Of a stretch of 64,000 nt of DNA, positions 54,977 to 64,000 are shown one piece after another. Positions within the stretch are counted from its first letter, which is position 1. Each line of letters begins with the position of its first letter. Source of the DNA: Balanoglossus misakiensis (taxonomy: Eukaryota > Animalia > Hemichordata); NCBI GenBank assembly GCA_040954595.2, contig CM082581.2:8355413-8419412 (forward strand), read 5' to 3'. Under the pieces are notes generated by a model, which searched no databases, was not told where the DNA came from, and saw only the letters and a list, made by a program, of their open reading frames with translations. The translations under genes were made by a program, and so were the position numbers.

Positions 54977-57900
54977 ATGGTGAGGTATTGGTTGTGATTA
55001 AAGATGTCAGTCTAGCCGTTGAAGTTGTTTTATCGGACTACTAGTGGCATATTTAAGAATCTGTGGGAAAGTTCGTCGGATTCGTTCAGTTCTCTCAGAC
55101 TGATGTTGCCTTCTCGCTGTGATTACATGCGTACGACTCAAAGGGAAACTGGATTCACCCGGAAGAACATCCAAGTGCATGCTTACTGCATGACGAAATA
55201 TGCATATATTTACCTAAATATACCAAATATTCGTCAGACATAAACTTCAGTGACATGCCTTATTTCTAAGTGATGGCGAAATTACCAATTTGGCGAATTC
55301 ATGTAGGTCCCACTCGGTGTTCGAGGGGATTTGGAGGTGGAATTGTCCCCTATATCATGATCGACTGCCGCCTTTTTCCTCTGATGAAAGACATTTTCCT
55401 TGAATGTCGTAAGCAATGAAAAAATAACCATGTGGGGAAAAAGTATAAATAAGAACGAATTTTTCGCATTAAAACACTTACCAACGAGAAGCCGACACGA
55501 AGAAAAGTCACTGACATTTGACTGCAGACATCAAAATTAGCAAAGATGGAAACCGCTGGCAGTAAGTATACTTTATCATACATACACGGATAGAATTTGT
55601 CCGTCGACCTGGTCGTGAAACGAGTAACTGATATATCACAGAGAAGTCAAGGCGATGTGTTTGTTAATTGAAGAAAACTGTTTTCTTTAATTAACTCACT
55701 CTATGGAACTAATTTCGCACATGTTAGATATTTTTTACGTGTACCTTTTGGCCATTTTCCCGAAAATTTAGTTTGTGCTAATTTTACTGTAGTGTCTTGT
55801 TTGGGAATTGAATTCAAGTCCGGACTAGAATTCAATAATGATCGTCACACCAATGGATGCTATGTTAGCAAGCTAAATATTGGGGTTTTCTACAGTGGTA
55901 AACCAAAAAAACATACATCCTTAAGGAATCAAAATTTCAAAGTAATTTTATTCTATTTTTTTTTTCGCCTTTCTAAGTTCTCAGACTTGTGTGCGTCGTG
56001 TTGGTGACAGCACTTCTGTCGGAAGCTACACCTCTACCAAGTAGTACCCCCAGCTCCAGCTGTGTTGAAACATGCACAGGTTACGGACTGCTTGCTAACG
56101 AGGGGAGTGTCGTCCGCACCGAAGCCTTGCAGACGCTGAATAGATACGTGAGTTGAATTTCTGTAAATTGCTATACCAGTGGATCACGCGTGATCTCGCC
56201 GAGATGCGAGATCGGGGATGCAAAAATAGTACTAGTGGTCAGTGCCGGTTCATAGTACACATATACACCGAGAAACACGGCCATCGAATTCCCTGTACAT
56301 AAGTCACCGGTATACGTATTTCACACCCTATTGATATGAATCTCTGTACGTTAATTTGGAATTCAGAAAGGGAAAATTGTAAGTACAATACCAGTTCTAA
56401 TATTATGAGTAATGACTGGAATATTTATGCGTCTTTTTGTCAATGAAAAGACCCCCAAATTTCCAGATTAGTTTCCGCCTGTGCGTTTACTGGGGGCACC
56501 CGGGAACGCTGAACGACGTATTTTTTTCTGATAACAGATATAAATTTTAACCTGAGAGTCATAATAATTCACCTTGACCATTTTGTTGATAGTGTCAGGA
56601 TTTATTGCCATACAATCATGATTTCTCACCTCTCAGTGATAAGCGACTGTAAAATTGGCCGGGACGATCGTTGGCGTTGGACTAGTGGAAATATAATTCA
56701 CAAACTTTCCATGACAACTGTGAAAATCTCTGCCTTTTTCAAAATTTCTAACATGTTGTTTAGCGTATACATACATGTACATGATTTTTTTCGTGTATAA
56801 AAATCACAATTATATACACACAAAGCGCCATTTACACGAAACTTTGGCAAATGTACAAACTCATAATCACGGTGTACGGTTTCAAAACTCCTGGGAACTT
56901 GATATCAAAAGAGAGTCAGAAAATCATACTATGGGAATAAAATTCCTAAACGACATAAAAATAATGTGCGTACATATTACACATTGGAGTGTGACGTGGA
57001 ACTTATGAAACAGTTTCGTGGGAACACGATCTCAAGGCTTGTCGTATAGGTTTATGTGTAGGCCTACGGGGGTTAACTATGATTTAATGATCAGGGTATT
57101 ATTTATTAAAATTTGCTCTCGTTTCTTCTCCAACACAAGAGCTTTCCGGTTTTTAGGGAGCCAATGATTCTCCGTTGCTCGGAAACTCCTTTGGCTTCAA
57201 GTGTTTGCACGAAGCAATCCATCAGCAATTGGGCTTTAAATTCGTTCACTTGTCCGTTGGAATAGAGGCGGCGACGACAGACGAGAAGTCCTCTCTGACG
57301 ACGGTGAACCTATATTGTCGTCAACTCTCAGCTGATAAACAGGTTTTGTGTCTTTTCCACGACAGGACCAAGAACGACCGGTTGGTGATTACAGCTTGGA
57401 GGTCCCCACACTGCCTGAGATGAAGTCGGTAATGGAACGGAGGCAGATGTCGGTAAGTACTATAACAACAGCAACAACGTACTGTGGAATATTTAATTCA
57501 AAATGGCCGAGTTAATTCCACCGTCAGGTGGTCCTTAAAAATGCTAAAAATGTTACTGTAAACCGTACACACCTTACTTTCTAAGGAAGGCAGCGTGAAT
57601 GTCTAGAAGATGGCCGATTTAAACACTTCGTTGAACAAAGAGTAAACGTGACCAAAAAACGGAGTGAAGTACAATCCCACCATTAAAGTCCAATACGAAT
57701 TTCATGAACCTCCTCACTACATTTGATGTCCACAGGAAGTCGATCTCCTGCTGTGGCACAAATCGAGTCTGTTGAACTACCAGGAACACTTCGTACAGCT
57801 CATGGAAGAAGAGTATGCTGAGAATCCCAGCTTCTATTACGACTTCAAGAACCAGACATTTAGGTGTGAGCGTGCAATTGTCAAATTTGACTCCATGGTA

Positions 57901-58361
57901 AGTCTGGATATCAATTGTTTCCGTGACAAGAAATTGTATTCCCGTGACACTAGACAGCAACGTTTCATCTGGGCAGCATACTTCAGGGTGGAGGGTGCGT
58001 GTAAAAAAATAGATGCATGTGAAATTGTATTCTTTTAACGTTTGGGATTTTGTTTATCCGACAACAAAATTTCCTCCTCGATTAAATCACAAAATAGTTG
58101 GTCGTGATATTGAAGTCTATTTTGCGCCGATCCTGCTGCCTCACTGAAGACGTGATTTTAAACGTGTAAAATTTTTAACAGCTGTGTGGAAAGGCTTACC
58201 AGGATGTGACCCTGGACCCCTTCGATCTGGAAGAAATCGCGGAAACCAGTATCAGGCACTACAGGCAGAGGAAAATCCAGAAGCAATACTACGATTACTC
58301 CGTGACCATCTCCCAGGATGCCGAGTGGCTCCAGTTCACTGTCCATGAATGTCCCTTTTAG
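54977..58361 (+). CDS. Putative secreted long-chain four-helix cytokine (IL-11/IL-6/LIF/CNTF family-like), 199 aa
   Basis: Exons 54977-54984 (ATGGTGAG|gtattg), 55985-56147 (|gtgagt), 57366-57452 (|gtaagt), 57736-57897 (|gtaagt) and 58182-58361 (TAG) total 600 nt with no internal stop. Protein, with / at exon joins: MVRLVCVVLVTALLSEATPLPSSTPSSSCVETCTGYGLLANEGSVVRTEALQTLNRY/DQERPVGDYSLEVPTLPEMKSVMERRQMS/EVDLLLWHKSSLLNYQEHFVQLMEEEYAENPSFYYDFKNQTFRCERAIVKFDSM/LCGKAYQDVTLDPFDLEEIAETSIRHYRQRKIQKQYYDYSVTISQDAEWLQFTVHECPF. The gene model is well supported; the family assignment is an inference. Confidence 0.7.
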
Positions 58362-58461
58362 TATTTTTTCTATATAGACTACGCCACATCCACGACATCC
58401 TGCTGAAGCTTAATATTGTCTCGCAACACGTTTTAAACTTATATTATAGGTAGATGGAGAA

Positions 58462-58976
58462 TTATTTATTGACATATTTATTAAGTATTAGACTAGTTTA
58501 TATTCGAAAGTTTTTATAGTATTGGCCAAATTTGAGAAGATAAATTTTAATTGCTATAATCACATTCAATCAACATCATCATCACTTACAATGATATTTT
58601 CTAACATAAAGTGCTTTTACAACACTTCAGAAAATCCAAGTTGTTATGCTTGACATTGTGATCAGACGTCCCTGTTTGAAAGGCAACGTGCGAAAATTGG
58701 CAAGCTCAACACCCTTGTTGAGTGAGGGCGCTCTCTCCAGACAAATTGGCTCTTCAAACAGTGGCGCGTTGGTCGTTCGTAAGGCAATATTTGCCAAGAT
58801 TTTACTGATGTATTTCTTCAAAGAAACGCAATAGCTTCTGTGAAGTCCCCCTTTTTCATATTCAAAACGCAACTTTTCATGTAAGCTAGCTTAGACTAGG
58901 GATATATATTGGACAGTTTATAAGTAATGGCTTTATTTATTGCTCCTTTTCAAATAAAGATTTAGTACGCAATAAA
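58462..58976 (+). promoter_or_regulatory. AU-rich elements and polyA signals in the candidate cytokine 3' UTR
   Basis: TTATTTATT nonamers at 58462-58470 and 58933-58941, another ATTTA at 58476-58480, and AATAAA at 58953 and 58971. Confidence 0.55.
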
Positions 58977-59739
58977 TTGTACCTCTTTTTGATAAAACGG
59001 GAGAGAGAGGAGCGAGTGAGATGAGAGGGCATATTACTCACACACAGTCACATGCATACATAACAAACTATACATACATACCACTCACAGCCATGTGTCC
59101 AAAAGGACCAGATAACAAAAACTCTGTCTCGAGGTGTTATGTAAACCAAGTCATATTATCATAAACTGAGTAAAGAACTTTAATTTATGACGATGTCAAA
59201 ACAATAAACCTCTGATGGTAACTTTTGCTCATGGTTTCATCGAGCTGAAGAAACACAGACTCATACTACGTTGAGGGCAGTGCCTTTCTCGGTGTTATTT
59301 CTAAAAGGTCATGGGGCAGTCAACTATGCCTGCTTTACACAGTGGCGTTGGTTAACAAGTCAATGACCTCTGACACCTGCCCTCAACGGGGTTCACACAA
59401 AAATCAACCAAATCAAATCAATGGCTATTCTATATAAACAGAGAAAGAATACCTTAAATGTGTTCATGGACCTGAAGGTTAGGCTCTTTTGGCAAAGAAA
59501 ACACAAGTTGTTCTCACTGTCACTCTACACTGAATGAACATAAATAGCTTGAAAAACGAAAGCAACTAACTGTTACATACAAATCAAACAAATACAAAAT
59601 GTGCACACTGAAAATAAACTTTCTCAACAGATTTCATCACCAAAGTTTCTTTAAAACAAAAATACAAAACACAAACAAACAATCTGATCGACTGAACTTT
59701 TTTCAACAGACTTTTGGAAACATTTAGAAACTGCTGTTT

Positions 59740-60016
59740 ATACTTTGATTTTTAGCAGCACACATAGGCTTCTCATAATTTTGACCATGATTGCCAGAAA
59801 GCCACAAGCAAAACTTACCATGAAAACACTTTTGGTAGAATGGATAATATGCTTTGATATGACGGTTTGGTCTTTCGATTTTATCAGCACACAAAGACTT
59901 CTCAAATTTTTTTTATCATGATTGCACGAAAACCACAAACAAAATTTATGGCAATGATACTCTTTTTGCAGTATAGTTACACCACTTGAAAACTGAAAGG
60001 AACATGCTTTGATATT
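59740..60016. repeat. Degenerate tandem duplication, period ~130 bp
   Basis: tttgatttttagcagcacacataggcttctcataatttt..catgattgccagaaagccacaagcaaaa (~59744) matches ttcgattttatcagcacacaaagacttctcaaatttt..catgattgcacgaaaaccacaaacaaaa (~59874); atgctttgatat also occurs twice. Confidence 0.7.
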
Positions 60017-60462
60017 GTCTGTTATTGACTAGTTATCTAAGCAACAAAATAAAACAGATTTAAATGGTTTACCATCAGCAGGGCTGCCTGAATATCAGGA
60101 ACATGACAAAACTAAGTAAAGTTGTTGTCTTTGCAAGAATTTATATCACTACTGTAGCTAATCTAACATCAAAACCCTATCTCCACCATATGGTATCTTT
60201 ACCATTTTTGTTTACTGCTCTCTGGTCTAAGTGTTTTAGAACTACTCTCATATTTGTGTGGTTGCTGTAGATATCATCCTGCAAATACATGAGAGGTTAA
60301 TCAAACTTAATCACACAGTTGCACAATAAAGAAATTCCATCTAAATCCCCTGTAAAGTAACAAACTCAGTTTTACTATGATAACATTGGTTCTTGAACGT
60401 TACATCTGTCGTAGCTCTTGACAAGATGGCCGCCATCACACAGCTACATAGCAGCCGGGCAT

Positions 60463-63400
60463 CTACTGCAGCGAAGGGAGTTTGAACTTCTTCACGCAGT
60501 GCTGAAGGAAGTTGACCACAAAGAGATGGCCATCCTTGGTGAGCAGGATATCTGATGGTCTCATCAATCCACCTTGGCACGTGATGTGACCGATGAATTC
60601 ACCATTCAGTCTGAACACCTGGATGAAGATACACAACACATACAGTAGACTAGATTACTATGAAAGTGTGTAAACAAATGATGTTACCCACTGAACAAGA
60701 ACTTTGGAATAAATAAGTGCCTGAAGGATATTTGACGTAGCCCATTGCTTAAAACTCAACTCAGTACGTTAACATCTGTAGGATGTTTTACACAGACAAG
60801 AAAACTGATGAAAAAAATTATCATCAAAAGGTATAACCGCTGTCCTGAGTTTACCTGAATACGGTCATTCTTGCTGTCAGCAATCAGTATGTTGCCCACG
60901 CTGTCCACAGTAACACCTGATGGTTCATTGAACTTGCCCACTGTTGTCCCTTTTGAGCCAAACTTGGTGCGAAGTTCTCCTTGCAAGGTAGTCACATAGA
61001 CTGCATGGTTTCCCAGGTCGCTGACGATCAGGTTGTCTTCGTAGACGTCGATGAAACGACACTTGTGGTGGGTCCCATTCGCCAGAGGTTCAAACGTCTT
61101 GCAATGTATCACGCTGCCGTCCACGTCAAACATGACTACACGTGCATTGTATTTGTGTTTGCAGGTGTCTAAGACTATGACGTGGCCGTGTTTATCTACG
61201 GCCATACCGTATGGAGATTTGAAGAGAGAGCGCCCAAAGCTTGTCAGAAACTTCCCATCAGAGTTGAACACTTGCACCTCGATGTCGTCCTTCACCAGTA
61301 TGTCACCGGACTGAGTTACAACGACTGCTGACGGTCTTGAGAACTGTCCAAGATCCCCAATACACCACTTGAAACCACCGTCTGGATCAAACACCTCCAC
61401 CCGATTGTTTCCGGTGTTGGCAATGACATAATTTCCACCTGGTGTAATGGCAATGCCAATGGGGTAACGGAGATGGCCATGATCCACTCCAAAAGACCCA
61501 AACTTCCGAACAAGGGGTGCGAATACACTGCATGTACTTGCCAAGAGATTCTCCAGATCAACACTCGGAACTTCTGCACTTTCTAGTTCTTTTGTGACGG
61601 GATCACTGCCACAGTGGTCATCTCCTCTTGTGTCTTTATACCCCAGTTGGCGAGCTGCCAATGGTTTCCTAAGGGGACCACTGTTAGGGGATTTCTTGAC
61701 TACCAAATTTCCCGAGCTACTGGAGAAGGGGGAGAGTGTTAAAGCTGGTGATTTGGGACACATGTCTATAGACCCCGTCTCTGATTCCGTCTGCCAGACC
61801 TCTGTGATGTTTTCTGGACTAAGTGGATAGCTGTTTGTCCACTCTGCATCTCCAAAGGAACCACTTTCTTCTCGATCAGCTGTCGGACTATACTTTCCAC
61901 CTGCTACATCTGCTTGCATCTCCTTGTGACCTTCTTCAACGTGTGACAAATCTTGATCTGTCCATCTTCTGACCTTGGCGTCATCCTCGCTGGTGTGTTC
62001 AACTCTGCTACATGTACCTTCATCGTTTCCTTTCAGAGTTTCTTTACTCGGCAGACTACCATTCCATTCGAGGAAATTTTCATTCAGGTCATGATTTTTC
62101 ATCCCGCCGGTCCCATGCTGGTCCCTGTCAAATCCGCCAACGGAGTTTATGCTGTCACTCTCCCAATTCTCTGCACTCCTCATCAGCTCATTATGCTGAG
62201 AAGTGGTCACCAGATGATCTGTCATCTCTGTACCGGTACTTCCATTCTGTTGTTCGACAAAACCACTGACAATACTTCTATCGCTCTCCCAGTGCTCTGC
62301 ATTCATGATCTTCAAGTCTTGATGAGAAGCAACAACTGTATTGCTGTTTGACTTGTTGATGTTAGCATCTGGCGGGGCTTCATTAGAAGTGAATGAGACA
62401 CTGTCGCAATTTCCAGCAGGGTCGTCACTCAACTCAGGCTTTGCTTCTTTGAAGACATCACTGAGAGTACCCACTGAGGAATGTCTCTTTTGGCCAAGAC
62501 TGCCACTTGAACTTGTACAGGTACTCTGGTCGGACTGAATCCAATCTTTGATCTTCAGAAGGCAAGCTTTGTCAACTCTCCGTTTCTGAGCCACCTCTTT
62601 ATGTCCTTTGTTAGCAGCCTTTGGTAACAGACATGTTTCTCTTCTTAGCCTTCCACCATCTCCGTCACTACCATCACTGTAACTTGGTTTGCGACGGACT
62701 TGCATGCAAAACGGACTTCCTCGGATGTGCTTTCCGAACAATTTGATCTCCAACTTGTACCTGCCAAGCATCTGAGGACAAAACACCAGCTTGTATGTGC
62801 CCTGTTTGTCAGGATCATCGTATAACTCCACTGGTTCTTCTCTTTTCAAGCGGTTCTCCAGGCGCACAGTGAAGTTGCTGATGAGGCCCTCGACATACTC
62901 GCATCTTGCATCAATCACAACGGTTTCCCTCTGTCCAACTCTTCCGGAATACAACCCATTCCCATCGGCACGGACATTTGGAGGGAATGCCAGACTCTGT
63001 TGGATGCTACCCAGGTTCTCTCTCAGTTGGTTCAAGTCGAGTGGTGTTATGCTGGCTCTGAAGAACACGGTAGTCTCGTCCTTCAGATTACATTTGGGAG
63101 TGAGGAACTTCTCACTGGTGACATGAGTCAGTCTGGCCAATAGGGTATCTTTCATTGCTAGCAATTCAGCTTTATTGGCATATTTCAGAATGTCTTCTGC
63201 CACTTTACATGTACACTGAAGTAGATGACTGTTTTCTTGAAGTTGTTTCTCCCCCGTCTCAAGATGCTCTATTTTCTTTGCACATATGCTTTCTAACTCG
63301 CACAGCATTTCTTCTTCGTATTCCTTTATCAGGTTAACGTTGCATTCTGTCATTTCTTGGACTTCCAGCCTGGCATTTTCAAGCCGTTTTTCCAGCTCGA

Positions 63401-64000
63401 CTTTGGCAAGTGAGAATTCGCGGATAGTGCTCGGCAATGTCTGATTGGTCAATACCTTCAGCTTTTTTATCATGTCGCACACAACTGCTGGGAGTCTTGG
63501 CGTTGCTGTACTCAAGGGAACTGTATCATGACCAGAAAAGCCATGGGCACTTTCTTGGCAAGCCACGCAGAAGGCTTCATCACATTCGCCACAGTAAATA
63601 TCAAGCAGCTTGGTCTGATGTATTCTGCAATAGACTCCCCTTTCCTTTGAGCTCCGATACATCAAGAATTCCCCAAGCTCCATCACCATGTGGTCTTTGA
63701 ACACTGTCATGTGCGCATGTGCGGCCACACAGTTGAAGCACAGATACTTGGTGCATATGACGCAGTACTTCTTGGCTGGCAAGTCGTTATCACAACTGGT
63801 GCAAGGGATGTCTTCGGCGAGACTGTTGTGGGAGGCAGTGGGCTCCTTATGAACGCAATTCAACACATTCGCAACAAAGGCATTGTCGGTAAGACCTGGC
63901 ACACTGTGAGGTAGCACAGACTTGGTGTCACACAATGGACAAGGCACAGACAACTTCACCCGGTCAGTTTTTAAGCAGGGCAGGCATGCTGTGTGCAAAC
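60463..64000 (-). CDS. TRIM-NHL E3 ubiquitin ligase (TRIM2/3/71-like: RING, 2 B-boxes, coiled coil, filamin, NHL repeats); 5' end outside window
   Basis: A large exon from >64000 to 60855 carries a partial RING (HTACLPCL..CPLC), B-box1 (CTSC..C..C..YLCFNCVAAH), B-box2 (CRIH..YCGECDEAFCVAC..H), a filamin repeat (GTYKLVF..G.HIRGSPF) and NHL repeats (RYPIGIA, GKFNEPSGV..ADSKNDRIQ|gtaaac). The last exon is 60618-60463 (VFRLNGEFIG..RPSDI..HCVKKFKLPSLQ*). Confidence 0.93.

Noticed and set aside
57898-58038. Continuation of ORF 57772-58038 past ...FDSM
   Set aside because: A strong donor ATG|gtaagt at 57897 joins in phase 0 to exon 58182; the read-through is intronic.

Overview
Eukaryotic, intron-containing genomic DNA, about 40% GC by eye. 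It is probably a marine invertebrate deuterostome such as a hemichordate; this is an inference from gene content and composition. All gene models were spliced by hand. From left to right: (1) the 5' part of a nicotinic acetylcholine receptor-like Cys-loop subunit (minus strand) with a ~17 kb first intron and two candidate signal-peptide first exons; (2) a 5-exon metal-dependent cyclase/kynurenine formamidase (isatin hydrolase-like) gene with a signal peptide, a hydrophobic C-tail and a GC-AG intron; (3) a head-to-head inverted duplication of a double MYND-finger + DUF4470 gene; (4) five tandem, intact 6-exon FAX/FAXC (GST/metaxin-like) paralogs, one with a second, mitochondrial-presequence-like first exon; (5) a 5-exon, 199-aa secreted protein gene almost absent from the ORF track; (6) the 3' part of a TRIM-NHL gene. 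Gene (5) is the top finding: its exon sizes, motifs, promoter (AP-1, CRE, NF-kB, TATA) and AU-rich 3' UTR resemble an IL-11/IL-6-family long-chain helical cytokine. No tRNA, rRNA or CRISPR array was seen.
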